From the NCBI GenBank assembly GCA_951804945.1, contig OX638150.1, forward strand, positions 31,682,001 through 31,746,000: a stretch of 64,000 nt of DNA. Direction: 5' to 3'. Positions 1 through 13,226 of the stretch are shown in pieces; the first letter of the stretch is position 1, and each line of letters starts with the position of its first letter. Position numbers and translations under genes: made by a program. This stretch comes from Podarcis cretensis. Lineage: Eukaryota. Below the pieces are notes generated by a model. The model was not told the origin of the DNA and ran no database searches. It was given only the letters and a program-made list of their open reading frames with translations.

Positions 1-494
1 AGGTGCTGAGCAGGGCAGAGGCTTAAACCAGCACTGTGTCAACTAATTAACTGCTGTTTTTTGTGCTGTCAAAATGCTGCTGGGGTGGGGTGAGAAAACA
101 TTTCTTTGGGGACCCAATTTAGCCTCCAAGCCTAAGATAAGCCACCCCTGTTGTCCGTGTTACCAATAACAATAATTGAGTATGTATATTATAGATAGCA
201 CTTTCCCTAAGTGCTCAAATCACAAAATGTTATTAGCAAGCATATGTACCAGTGATCCAGTAACTGTTCTGCAAACGTCTAATCCTATAGCCCCAGTGAT
301 GCATAGACATGGTCACAGCCTGGATGGGGCACTTTGGGGAGACCTGTGCAAGCCACTGAGAGCTTATGATGGGTCCAGAATTAATAACAGTAGTAATCGT
401 GGCTAAAATTAGACCCTTATTTGCTATGCATGTCTTTTGACTCTCCTGCAGTCCTGCCTCTTCTTCCCACTCAGACACACTCTCTCTCTTTCAG

Positions 495-583
495 ATCAAC
501 TTCTTCATTTTCATCCGTATCATTCAGATATTGGTCTCTAAGCTCCGTGCCCACCAGATGCGCTACACAGACTACAAATTCCG
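495..583 (+). CDS. GCGR: Glucagon receptor, internal coding exon (TM5 end/ICL3: [30 protein letters not shown]); gene is 5'-truncated by the window
   Basis: tttcag|ATC...TTC CG|gtactg, 89 nt. Translation matches class B GPCR GCGR (human KLRARQMHHTDYKFR). Synteny with MCRIP1-PPP1R27-P4HB. Confidence 0.93.
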
Positions 584-925
584 GTACTGGCTCCTGCTCC
601 CACCCTTCCCTGCTCTACAGTGCCATAGCTTTTCCCGGGATGGGAAGGTTCTATTATCATCCTGTTTACGCCATCATTGCCCATGGCATCACAGCCTTTG
701 TAGGTTAGGGGTATCCCTTCCACACGTCCATGGGTTTGGGGGATGGGTACACTGACTTTTTAAAGTGGCCTTCGATACGAGTCTAGCAGGTTTCTTTTCT
801 TGTCATTCATAAGCCCATTCGTTCCTCCACCAGGTAGGTGGTTCATACGGGGTTCGGGCTGAGTACTGTGGGATGCTGCTGCCTTTTGCTTGTGATGCAT
901 TCTAATTAGCTGATGCCCCATTTAG

Positions 926-1064
926 GCTGGCCAAGTCAACACTGACGCTCATCCCGTTGCTGGGAATCCACGAGGTGGTTTTCGCCTTTGTCACCGATGA
1001 GCATGCCCAGGGCACGCTGCGCTATGTCAAGCTCTTCTTTGACCTCTTCCTCAGCTCCTTCCAG
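926..1064 (+). CDS. GCGR: GCGR coding exon (TM6-ECL3-TM7: [46 protein letters not shown])
   Basis: tttag|G CTG GCC...TTC CAG|gtgagg, 139 nt. Phase continues the previous exon. Diagnostic GCGR motif [11 protein letters not shown]. Confidence 0.95.
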
Positions 1065-1154
1065 GTGAGGCACACCAGAAGCCCATTCTTTGCTCAGGCC
1101 CATTCAAAAACTATAGAGAGACAAGCCTTTCTGGTTGCAATTATTATTTAATGT

Positions 1155-1518
1155 ACATTTCTGTGTATAAGACTAGGTTTTTTCCTATAAAAATTATGCT
1201 AAAAAGTGGGAGTTTCTTATACATGGCTAGTGCATAGGGCGGACGTTTGATTAGCTGCTGCCGTGTCTGTCTACGGCTGTTGGATGTGTTATTGGTTGCT
1301 GTGTCAGTGGCTGGTGTTGATTGGCTGAAGCTGGGGCAATAGGACGGGCGATAGGCAACTTCTGCCAGTGAGGGGACAGATGAGCTCAACAACCCTGTGC
1401 AATCCCCCCCAAAGCGCAATCCTCCCCCCAAAAAGCTCAAGATGTCTGAGCCATCTCCCTCCATCTTCTTAAATTTGAGTCCCCCAAAATAGGGGACGTC
1501 ATACATGGAAAAATACAG
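1155..1518. mobile_element. Non-autonomous Tc1/mariner-type DNA transposon remnant in a GCGR intron
   Basis: Degenerate inverted ends (..tttctgtgtataagac.. / ..gtcatacatggaaaaatacag) followed by TA. Boundaries approximate. Confidence 0.5.
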
Positions 1519-1557
1519 TAAATGGCATTATTCTGATTGACTTCTCTGCCTCTTTAG

Positions 1558-1599
1558 GGAATGCTGGTGGCCATTCTTTACTGCTTTGTGAATAAGGAG
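1558..1599 (+). CDS. GCGR: GCGR 42-nt exon (GMLVAILYCFVNKE)
   Basis: ctttag|GGA ATG...AAG GAG|gtaagt. This is the canonical 42-nt secretin-family TM7 exon (YCFxNxE). Confidence 0.95.
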
Positions 1600-2484
1600 G
1601 TAAGTGTGCTCTAAACTGGGGTGGGGGTGTGGTGGAGGAGGGAGATACAGGACATGCAAGCTGCTGCACAGGTAGGAATGTATGGCAGCAAGGATGATTT
1701 CCACCTGTATTATCTGAGTGGTATTGGAGGCACAGCTGGAGCAAGATGCAATGTCTTTTGAAATACTGTCAGAGATGAGTGACCCACCCAGCTTAATTCA
1801 AGTGGTAAGAAGGCAGATGCAGTCAAAGCTCCTCATCCGTGTATGTCTGTCGCCCATGTAACTGGAACTGTGTAAGCAGAACACAACCAGTGCGGAGCTG
1901 TTGTTACAAGTACAACGGAATCTGTGCAAGTGTTGTTGGTTGTGTTTGCTCCTTTCTGTACCCATTTCTGTTGCAACCGACCAGCTGCACATGGTTTCAG
2001 AAAGGGGCATGTGCAATTTTCAGTGGACAGAGCAGTAAGAGAGGTGGTGCTTAGTCCTTTCTCTGTCCGATGCTTTTCCACCGCATCCTCCCATCTCCAA
2101 TATGTCAGATCTTCTCGGCAAAGGTCTAGTCTGCACTGCTGATTTTGGAATTTGAGGGTGTCATGTGGCAGGGGGAGATGTGGTAAAAATGGCAGTGGGA
2201 AACATTTTAGGCACCCTTCTCCTTGAAAAATTTTCCCTTCTGAGGTTGCTTTTCACTACATGAAGCATACGTGTTCAAATACACGTTTGTATGTAACTTG
2301 CAGTTGTGAGCCCTTAAACTGGCTGTATTTCTCATATGCATGAGATTAATACAGAGTTTATTTATAAAGGTTTATAATCCTGCCATTTGTGGCAAAGCAG
2401 CCTACAGCGGATAATAATATTTAAAAATACAACCTCAAACCAGTAAATAACACATCCTCCCCGCAAATGTTTCTATCTCCATAG

Positions 2485-2778
2485 GTGCAGTCAGAGCTCA
2501 TGAAGAAATGGACGCGCTGGAAGCTTGGCTGGGACATAGAAGAGGAATATAAGCACACGTACAGCCACACACCCCATGTTCGCAACGGGGGTACCAGGAC
2601 CGGCGAGAAGCACAAGCTGGTTGGCAACTACCTCAATGGGCTGGGCCGCAGCCAAGCCACCATGCACACCAGCACTCAGTACCTGGAGAGGACAGCATGC
2701 AGTGCCAGTGAAAACTTGGCAGTGGCCGAGCAACCCCATTGCTACGAGTTCCCTGACACAGCCGAGAGCAACCTCTGA
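2485..2778 (+). CDS. GCGR: GCGR last coding exon (helix 8 and C-tail, VQSELMKKWTRWKLG...AESNL*)
   Basis: ccatag|GTG CAG TCA GAG. VQSEL..W.RW.LG helix-8 motif. TGA at 2776-2778. Confidence 0.93.
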   Translation: MQSELMKKWTRWKLGWDIEEEYKHTYSHTPHVRNGGTRTGEKHKLVGNYLNGLGRSQATMHTSTQYLERTACSASENLAVAEQPHCYEFPDTAESNL

Positions 2779-5335
2779 AGCTGACTTGCCCGTCTGCCCC
2801 TGGCTTATGGGGCCTGTCTCACTCTTTGGCCCCTGAGGCAGCCGTCCTGCAGAGCAAAGAGGGCAGCTGGCAGCCCAGGAGGCTGTGGGACACATGACTG
2901 GAAAGTGTGCCCTCTGCCAAGCAGCTCGGCGCTGACTAGATGGTGCAAATTCCTTTTCCGTGCTGGAGACATGCTTACGAGAGACCCAGCAAGACGAGCT
3001 GCCTTGCCTGTCCGCATGCCGAATGCTCCAGGACATGAGATCCAGGGGACAGCCCAGCCACAGGGCATCCTGACAGAGGTGACAATGCCAAACAAGCTTT
3101 GTAGTGGGAGGAGATTCTGTACCATTGTTAGGAAACTTTGAAAACCTGCACATTTATGATTGTGCCAGAATCAGCACTGACCAGACTCCTTAAGAATCTC
3201 CGTTTTCCTCTTTTTTTAAAAAAACAAAACAACCAAAATCCAACAACCAAGTTTCTAGTCCTCATAAATTACAGAGAACAAGCACTATCTGCTAAATGCG
3301 TGCGTGCACACTCACACACACGGTCTGTGCAATTTTTTTTTAAAATCAGTCATAGGGAAGGATATATCTAGAGGCTATCATATGTTTCTTTCATTTTCCC
3401 CAAACAAATTGTGCAGCAAAACATGTATGTATAATTATCCTATGTGAAGTGTCCCATTTGCAAAAGGTCAAATTTAGTAGGCTCTCTGATTCCAAATTTG
3501 CAGATCCACTTTTGCACATATGAAAATGTAGTCTCTGGAACAGAGACGCCTTTGCCTTCTGGGCACACGGGATGGCATACCACTTAAAGAGATATTTTGG
3601 GGCGGTGCAGAAAGCATTGCCTGCAGAGTTTGGAAGGAAAACAGTACTACCATTCAGTATATATATCTACGTGGAAGTGACACGGCTCACTTGGGTCATT
3701 GACTTTGTACGTGGCTGTACCATTGCATCCGCACTGTGGGCATGCTTGCGCCTTCTGTGCTGGGTGACTCTGTAAATCTACTTGTGTGGGCAATACAAGC
3801 TCTGAGGGCCACTTCTGTGTCTGTCTGCCTGTCAGTGCCAATGTTCGGGTGATTGAAGGACCCAATAAATTGTGCTGTATGTCCTGGCAACTTAGACGGT
3901 GCCTCCTGATGCACTGAGATGTTTATCCATGCTGGGGCCTGGACTGCCTTTCATTCACCAGCATGGACAGGAACAGGTGTCCTGCACCAGCCTTGTCCTT
4001 CAGAAGTACTAACCTTTCCAGGGAGGCCACGCAGCAGCTTTAAATTAGAACCACTGCAAGAAACAGGTAATTGCCAACTCCTACCCCTGTGTGATGTCCC
4101 ATCCAGTCCCCAAGTCCCTTTACAAAAGTGCTTCACTCCGACCCTCTGATTCCAAAATCTCCAAGCAGCAACCATTGGTATGTTCTTCTTTAAGAACACT
4201 GCATTCCATGCTGTCCAAAAAAAGCTTTTTTTTTTTTTTTAAAAAAAAGATTTTCAGCATATGTACATGCAAATGTATCTTCTGAACCTGAACAGCCACA
4301 AAATAACTCCATGCATACGCATCTTAGTGATGTGCCATAGCAGGACACCAACTGCAGTATGGAATAAGTCTTCAGTGCAGGCATGTTAGGAAATCATCAG
4401 AGCAGTTGGAGGCCATCAGCTTCCTGCTGCCTCCCTCTTGCCCATTCCCATTTGCAGCACTGGCAGGAAACAATCACCTTCAGCTGTGGCAGGCCTCAGG
4501 AAACAGGTGGTCCGGTGGGGCAGAGAGAAGATTTCTCCCCAATCCTTCCCTGCTTCCAGCCTGATTTCTTCCTCTTCCATCCCATCACTGGTCTGCCCAC
4601 TATGGTGTGGATTCCCTCTGTGGGCACAGAATGCTTTCTAGCCATGGACTTGTTGTCTGGTCTTAGACAGATTGCTTTCTTTCTGCCTCTGCAGCTTTCC
4701 TGTAAATGGGAATCGACTATAAACCAGAAACGTAATTTTCAATTATTTTCTGCTGCGTAGCAATTGTCTGGCCTTGAGCAAGTATTTTTTTTAGCCCTTG
4801 CTCCAACTGCTAAGTCCAGTAGGACTGCTCAGGGGGTCTCCATCACAGGTGGTCATCACACAGAAAATATCGGCAGTAGCAGCATTTTCATTGTGAAGGC
4901 CTTGTTCTCTTTACTTCTGGTGGAGGGAAACATGTACACATAGAATGAGCTGGAATAAAGTTCAGGCAGTGCAGAATTGTAACAGGTTGATCTAAGAAAG
5001 GTCCCCCTAAAGCTGCCAAGGTGTATTTTTAAGATTAAATACTGTTCACATTATCTGACCTGGAATAAGGCCTGAATGCCAACTGAAAGGGCCTGGGGCA
5101 AGGTTACTGCTCATTGTGGATTCTTACAGAGATCTGTGGAAACAGCTTGAATGCTTATACAAGCCTGAAAAAAAGCATTCATATTGACATGTAATTTGAT
5201 TCACAAAGCATTATTTGAGATAGCAACAGCAGGCAAAACTTGAAGATGGGACAAAGAGATCCTACTGAGGAAGAAGAGAGAGCAGGTAAGCTTGAAAATG
5301 AACTTGCAGCACATCCCAGATCCTTTTCTGTTAGG

Positions 5336-5463
5336 AAGGAACCTGTGACGCTCCAGATATTGCAGGACTACATGATCCTCCCTGATCATTGACCATCCCA
5401 GCCAGAGCTGATGGGAGTTAAGAGTCCAAAAACATCTTGAGGGCCACAGGTTTCCCATACCTG
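5336..5463. mobile_element. Squamate hAT-like hairpin MITE
   Basis: ggaacctgtg...ctccagat...gactaca...gatgggagtt...aacatc...gggccacaggtttccc. Imperfect inverted arms. Confidence 0.5.
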
Positions 5464-6674
5464 TGATATTAGATCACTGAAATCATACTGACTGCTCAGC
5501 TCTGCAGCCCTGCCCAGTCATGTCCTGAACCAGTTACTGAACACACATGGCCAATGATGTACTCAATAATCCACTAGTGGCGTCATTTCTGCAAAGCGCC
5601 ACACTTGAGAAAGTGCATGGCCCTTTTCCTGACATGGGATGATGACGCACCCATTATGTTCACTTTGGATGCCTGCTGGACGGGTTACAGAAGAAATGTA
5701 AATTGTGTAACATCTTTCACAAACACATAGCACTTGTCGTCGTGTGTGTGTCCCCCCCCAAGCTACGTGCGCAAACAGGAGAGCATAGTTATGTCACACA
5801 CTTGCGCTCTCTCCAGTTCCTTTGTGCCTCCGCCTAAGGTGCTTTGGCAGCATGTGACTTCTAAGTCTCCCTGAGCTAGTTTTAGGAACGGGACAATCCC
5901 CTTGTTCATGGGATTAGTCCCCCTGTCTCTCCCCCAGTGCACCACCTCCCAAAATGTCCCCCCAAACAGGGAAGCGTATGCCAAATTAACACTCCGCTCG
6001 CTACTACGCATGCACACCCTCTTCAGTTTGACAGTGGGGTACATGCACACAGCCAGTTATTTGCTTGGCATTCATAATGCCTGTGACCCTCCAGCGAACG
6101 CCTTCCTCGTTTCATCTCCCACTGGTTTTAATCCAAAACAACACCTCGTTCCCAAGCCATGAGATGTAGAGCTTTTCCTTCCCTCATTTGGGAAGGAACA
6201 CAATCCAGTGCCCTCTGCGCCCTCAGCCAGACCACAGTCACACCTGGGGCCTGATTGGCTTAAGACCCAACAGACTGTAAACATGTCCCAGAGCCAACAT
6301 CAATGGCCACAGGGTACCCACGCATTCTGTTTAGGACTCAAGAATCTGAAAGGCACAGCAGGCCCAAGTGACCATTTAATCCGAGCCTTCACTCCGTGTT
6401 AACATGCAACAGGAGTAGAGACGCAAAATCCCGCAAAGTAGGGCAATCTGTGCAATCTGGAGAAAAATGCTTTCTGCTCCAAATGATGTCAGTGATGGCT
6501 GTTTTGAAAATTCAGACATGCTGAACTCGCAGAGCTTACCAAATGCTTTCTTTTATTCCAGCAAGCATTTTAATTGAAGTCTGATTTTAAAGGTTTAACC
6601 CATTTTTAGTCTTATGCTATTGGGTCCCCTGTACAACTGCTTAGAGAAGGCTGTGAGGAAGTGGCACACAGTTG

Positions 6675-6850
6675 CTGGTATCCGTCTGTCTGGGGAGACA
6701 ATGGAAGAATGCACTATCAGGCGTAAAGTCAAACTGCTGGAAAGTTACAGTGCCTGCTGTGGCTGTAGAGACCGATATAGGAGAGACATGTTTTATTGCA
6801 GCTGGGGCAGATGAAGGAATCTGGTTTAATGGTTGCAGATGTAACATGGC
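6675..6850 (-). mobile_element. RTE-clade LINE 3' end fragment
   Basis: Minus strand encodes FICPSCNKTCLSYIGLYSHSRHC, the Cys/His C-terminus typical of RTE ORFs. A related copy lies in the opposite orientation at about 62783-62920. Confidence 0.7.
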
Positions 6851-7537
6851 ATTTCTTTTCTCTGTGCTCTTCCCAGCAGTCTAGAGGATGTGATCTAGAG
6901 GAGAAATGACCGCTTGAATACATGAATTTTCTGTCTCCAAGCACTGCAGTTATTTGCAAGGGATTCACACATGGTGGGGCATACAAGTGTCATACAAACC
7001 GTTGAAATAAAAAAATGAGTTGCTATCTTGCATATAAGCTCACACTGCACATGGAATACAAGCACAGTGACCAGAAGTGCAAGTTGTCTTTGGAAACATA
7101 ACAGCAGTATTTGCCTGGTTTATTATTTTCCTCTCTCTTGCAACCTTCACACCCAAGAGCAGACGAGAATGGACTCAAGAACCACCACCTCAGCCATCTG
7201 TTCACAAGCCTGTGGTGAGCAAGGGGCACAGACTGAGCTGATGTCTCCCCCCCACCACCCCCTGCAAGGAAGCCACTGCCGTCACCGGGTGCCTCTGACT
7301 GAGATAACGAGCCTAACTGAAGCAAATTGCTGGAACACAAAGGCACTTGATGCAAAGGTAAATATGGCTGGTGGCGGGTCAGGCGCATGGCATGGATGGT
7401 TCGTTCTTCCCAGTTGTCAAAGTATCTCAAAAGTGAAGCCCAAGAAAGATGCCTCATGCCTGTCCTCTGAAAGGGAGCACCCACAATGCTGTTGCCTTCA
7501 AAGAGGCTGAGAGATTGCTGTGACCACCACAGTGGAG

Positions 7538-7859
7538 GTAAAGGTAAAGGGACCCCTAACTGTTAGGTCCAGTCGTGAACGACTCTGGGGTTGCGGTGCT
7601 CATCTCGCTTTACTGGCCGAGGGAGCCGGCGTACAGCTTCCGGATCATGTGGCCAGCATGACTAAGCCGCTTCTGGCGAGAGCAGCGCACAGAAATGCCG
7701 TTTACCTTCCCGCTGAAGCGGTACCTATTTATCTACTTGCACTTTGATGTGCTTTCGAACTGCTAGGTTGGCAGGAGCAGGGACCGAACAACGGGAGCCG
7801 ACCTTCTGATCGGCAAGTCCTAGGCTCTGTAGTTTAACCCACAGCACTATCCATGTCCC
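7538..7859 (-). mobile_element. Sauria SINE with internal deletion
   Basis: (ACCTTT)n tail. Highly similar to the copy at 60969-61320. 12-bp TSD accacagtggag (7526-7537) / accacattggag (7860-7871). Confidence 0.9.
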
Positions 7860-8631
7860 ACCACATTGGAGAGAGGGGAGCAATTGCACTTTGGTTCCGT
7901 AATGCTCAAATTCCAAGACAAGCAATTAAATACTTGATAATGATGTGTCTCCTGCCGACTCAGTTCCAAGACTATGTGGGATGGTGGACAATGTCACCAT
8001 GGCAGAACTTTCGGTAGCATGTTTGTGGACTCAGATGTGGACTCAGATGTTGTAGGTAAGCACCATAGGGCCAGCCCATAGCCAAGGGGGCTGGCTGTAC
8101 CATCGTCATGAAGAGTCCAGGGAGACTGACTTTCGACCTTCACAGATACGAATCCTAGGCAGGCCTTGGACTCCTGGCAGCAATAATGCATGGTTGGCAC
8201 ACACCGTCCTTATCTACCACCCTATGTAACTGTGCCCAGATGCAGAAAGCTGTGTCTCTATTGGCACACTGAGTAGAGTTGGCAGGATAAATTACAGCCC
8301 AGAGAGCACAGCACCCTAGGCACTCCTGTCTGTCGTGTGGGCGATGCTGTGCCTCTGACAGCCACTTAGTCTCCAAGCGCAGACAGAAACTTATGTAAGA
8401 GCCCCATCGGGGTCAATTTCACGGTCCAGATCCTAGAGCCTAGGGAGCAGGCAGAGACCCCACCCACACAACACAGGAGGTGCCGGCAGACATTCCTTCC
8501 TATTCCTGGCATGGGATGCTCTGATCTTATCAACAAATGCTCACGATGGGAAACTCTGGACTATGGTGTCATGAACTTGGCCCAGAAAGGTGATTTAGAA
8601 AGAGCTAAAGTTGCTGCCACTCTCTACCCCA

Positions 8632-8633
<2 letters not shown>

Positions 8634-8666
<33 letters not shown>
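8634..8666. repeat. (CA)n microsatellite
   Basis: Direct reading. Confidence 0.95.
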
Positions 8667-8667
<1 letters not shown>

Positions 8668-10799
8668 CCTATTGATTCTTGGGGCCCATAAATTGTACCC
8701 TGCCACATGTGTCTCTCAGAGGACTACTCCCAAAACAACTTGTGTCAGCCCAACTTCAACACATCCCCCACTAGCTCCTCTTATCACTCCCTGCATTTCC
8801 CAATGAAGTGAGGCCCTTTTAGGGAGATTTGTTCTCCTTGATTGCAAAGTTCTCTCACAGTGCAAAGAGCAGAAAGTGAAGCGGTTTCCTGGGCCCCACC
8901 AGTGCTGCTTGCTTCCCCAGCACTCTTGGGTTCCATGCACCACAGGGCAGGGCAGAAGATCAAATGCACAGACATTTTCTCCCAGCTGTAAAGGACCATG
9001 GCACATGTCATCTGAGAAGAATGGGCTTCCATGGTAACGGGGGATGCTCTGACAAGAGCAGCACTAGCTAGGCAGGAATCCAGACTTCTTAGGAGGAATG
9101 AGTTACCTGCTGGTGGACACAGGCATGACTAAACACTAGGAGACAAGGACTTATCACAAAGTACATATAGACCAGCTCTGCCTAAGCACAGGTGAGCAAC
9201 TTGTGATTGTGGAAGGGGGATGTTTTTAAGCCAGGCCATGCTGGTTCATATTACACAAATTACCTTGCCCACAGGAGTGATGGACTCTGGAGCTAGCAGA
9301 CTACTTCATATGGAGAGGAGTCTGTAAAATTAGCAAGCAACTGCACAGATGTCAAGGACTGATACGATCATTCCTTTGCTAAATATACAATTACTGAAAA
9401 GGAGGACAATCAATCTTGAGTCTTGTTTCATATAGGAGTGGATATCCACAATCAATCTTTACACTAGCCTCAGTCCTGACTGATTTCCCCCACCCGTCTG
9501 TGCAAACAGTATCAAAGAATAAGATTTCAGAAGAGGAGGAGAGAATAAGAGCGTCAGAAGAGCAAGGGGGGGAGGTAGATGGGGCATGTGCAGGAATTCA
9601 TGTGTCTTGCAAGGTGTCCAAGAAAAATATATAGGAAGAGAAACTATAGCTGTCCCATCCACCACTCTGGTGTCAAAACAGTGAGACTTGAATTCCTTCT
9701 CAAATCTTTTCTCGGTTTAATTTATAAGATTCAGCTAGGCCTGCAATTGAAACAGAGCTGAAACAGTCAGAAAGAATAACTATTTCCAGCATTATTTCAT
9801 TTGAATGATGATTCAAGGCCCACGTATGAAAACATCACTTTAAAGTGTTTTATAGAAATGTGTTTTCTATTCTGCTGCAAAGAAGTTCAGTAAAACCTCA
9901 AAACATACTTTCACCACTTAGGCACATGCATTTCTGTGGATTAAAAGAGACATCATAATGTTTACACACTTTTAAATGCTAGCGCCTTAGGAATAATGTA
10001 TGGAGAGGAAACGCACCATAATCAGCCTAATGAGTTTGGGAAGCTGTCATTCGGTTTCTGTTGCTCTCTTAGGGCCTTTTATTATCTCAATACTATCTTG
10101 TTTGTAACAACTCAGCGTTAATGGTAGTGATTCATTTTGCTCTTCACAGCTTAAAATTTGGTCATTAAAAGAAAATCAGATAACTGTCACAATCCTAGCT
10201 CTCTTACCAAATAATAAAACTAAACTGTTGGCTTCAGGAAAAATAAACAAACACATGCTAAACATATTCAGGAGCTATGTGGAATAAAAATGTTTCCACA
10301 CTATACAAACTCCTTTTTAGATGGGAGCTAAGGGAAGCTAATGGATATGTAAACAAAGAGGACAAGAACCTTAAAACTAAACCCAGCCAAAATTAAGTAC
10401 TTTTAAGTTTCCTTGATTTCAGGAACGGCACTTGCTTAACTTTTCCTATCATTATCAACTGGATTTTGAAAAGCTTAATTAAATCATGCTTTGAAAAACA
10501 ACAGCTTTGAATTCCAAAACGTCACTGAAACCTGTTTAAAATTATATATTCTGCAGCTCAAAGCAGAAAAAGTTATTCAGGTATCTAGATCCCTTGTCAT
10601 GACTCATAGGATAAGAGAAACTAGTTCATTCATAGATCAGGTTAAAAGAAGAATGAGCCTTGAGATGAATGGGATTTTTCACCATGTAGAAAAGGTAAAC
10701 TGCAGGGTGTCTCACAGTTTACCCATTGATTAACTGGAAAAGGGGATGGAGAGGAAGTTTGCACAACCAGCAGACAATCAGTTTGATTTAGCACAATTA

Positions 10800-11150
10800 A
10801 GCTCATAAAATGCTGCAACAGACTTACACACAGATCTCATAAAATGCCTCATAAGAAACAATGCAATCAAATTCAAGGTTGAGAAGCACAAGTGTTGGGA
10901 TTCTAGAAAAATGAAGTATGCAGAAAAGACATCTGATAATCCTTACAGATAACACAGCTCACTGAGAAAATATCAGCTTGATGTACTGAACAGTCATCAA
11001 AGAGACAATGTCAGGAACTGTTAGGGGAAACATAAAAATAAAGCCAAAAATATCACAACCACATATATTTGGGGTGTCAGCCTAACTTGAATACTGTGCT
11101 ATTTTCACCCCATCTCAAGAAGCTACTAATTTGTCACAGAAGAATTGAAG
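10800..11150 (+). mobile_element. Highly decayed CR1-type LINE RT fragment
   Basis: Residual motifs such as aaattcaaggttgagaag and cctaacttgaatactgtgctattttcaccccatctcaagaag resemble the CR1 ORF2 3' region. No open frame. Confidence 0.4.
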
Positions 11151-13226
11151 AAACTGCAGTGAAAAACACATGCGAACACACACATCTCTGGGGGAGAAAG
11201 CAGTTTCCAGTATTTGCAGTACAAGCAAACTAATTTCATTCTGGTATTGTTTGAGTTCACTTTTGTTATAGGGTGTTTGCCTTTTGTAATTCCAAATATA
11301 ACTTGCATTCACTGCCCCACTGCTGCCATGGCACCTCCATCCCTCAGGTTGCACAGGACATTCCTAGAGATGCGCAGTCAAGCTTTGGTTCCAAGATGCT
11401 TCTATTGACCATCCTTTTAAAAACTAGTCATCTAGAGCCAAATGTATGCTTGGACCTTGTGAAAACAGTGCTGCCGCCCCAAATTCATTCTGTACTTGCA
11501 AGTATAGACTGAGCAGGTACAAGAACACCTACACAGATCAAGTGTACAGACTGAATTGTAGAGTTAATGCAAGACATCCGCTATAGTAAGTTGATGCAGA
11601 AATTTGGCTCTATTCCAAACACACATCTGAACCACACCACCAGGGATTCCATCCATGCCTATGAGGGTTCCTAGATCCTTTCACGCAGACCACATAACCA
11701 AATGCGTGTTTTGCGTATCTCAGCTCTGCGCCAACAGCAGTGTAATGACTACATAATTAAAGGCTTAAATGAAGGGAACAATGTTTTCTATCAGGGGCTG
11801 TTGGCCAAGCGCGTCATTAGAACTGAGTCACAACAATGAGCAACTCATTTCCAAGAACCACCCCCCCTAGATGCGGAAGAGGAAGGACTTACTGATGCAA
11901 GGTGCAAACAGAACAGAGTCCCTCCCAATTTCTGGTAGCGTTATCTATTTCATAAGGGGTATATACGGCCAATGACAGATCTGTTCTCCTTGAAAATCTT
12001 CAGGGCATTTTAGAAGCCAATTCCGTACTTAGTTCTCATCACTATTCTGATTGAAGAAATCCAGCAATCAGTCTGCATACATCATTCAAAGGGGTTTCTT
12101 AGCCTATTGTCATAGCAAACTGTCCTAGGTTAACAGGAGCTGTGTGGTTATCTAGCTACGGTCAGGATTGAATACGGAAAATCTAGGATTCAAAAGCTGG
12201 TTCAGCCCCAAGCTCATTGAGTAAGCCTAGGCAAATCACTTTCTCTCTGCCTACCTAACCTACAGTACAAAGGGCAGGGACTGTGAGGGCAACTCCAGGT
12301 TTTATTTTGCAGGAGGGATTCAAGTGCATACCAATTAAAGTGGATTAGAGTGCTCTGTCACCATAGTGCAACAAATCCTTTTTTTAAATGGATTTTTGTG
12401 ATTAAGAAAGTGAAGAGGAAATGCACTGGCACGAATGGCTAACGGAAAGGTATATGAACACCCTACAAGCAAATCAGAACATATGCTCAGTAAAGACCAC
12501 ACATAAACTAACCTCTGCATAAGGTTAAATAGTGCAAGTAAATGAGGATGAATGCTCAGTAAACAGGTTGTCTGGAGGAGCCGTGAGATTAGCATCCCAT
12601 ATGGAGCACCTTGGAAGGGCAGCATACATGTGCGGCAGATAAATTATCGCTTTAAAACTTCTCACACACTAGATGGATGGATGGGTGATGCTGTGTATTC
12701 TCATCTGAATGAAAAGAGCTGAAGATGTGTTTGGAGGAATCAACCCTCAGCACCTGCACCCAAGTTAGGGCATAAGGAAGACTAGGCTTGAAAAATTCAC
12801 ACTTTCTATGTCAGTAAGTATTTAGGGAAATCTTCATATTTTGAAGATAGCCCTTGTTGGTGAGTTAGCTTATTAAGACCACTCTGCTCTTCCTCACACA
12901 GGAAAGGTCAAAAACACTTCATGCTTTCTAGAACTTAACTCCCCGCTCCAAGTATGCTGGATAACTGGATAACAAGTGGTGCCATGATAAAAACAGATTG
13001 CAGAAGTAGAATCTGCTTAGCACAGAAAATACTAAGAGGTGACATAATCTAGTATTCAACTACTTGAAGCCTGTCAACAGCAGGAAACAAATAGAAGAGC
13101 TCTACCAACCACCCAAAAGGTTGATGCTTGGCTTTAGGAAGAACGTTTTAACTCTATGATGATAGAAGACTATACATGTTTGGTTCGGAATATGGTGGAA
13201 TATGCTGATGTAGCTGAACTATTGTA

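Noticed and set aside
2491-3153. 220-aa minus-strand ORF
   Set aside because: Antisense shadow of the GCGR last exon and 3'UTR, with no recognisable homology.
3864-4959. AATAAA hexamers (3864, 4954) as the GCGR polyA site
   Set aside because: Several candidates exist and the sequence alone cannot choose between them.
7023-7510. Overlapping 153-aa and 160-aa ORFs on opposite strands, with a possible exon about 7158-7357
   Set aside because: No recognisable protein features and no neighbouring exons to link. Compatible with chance.
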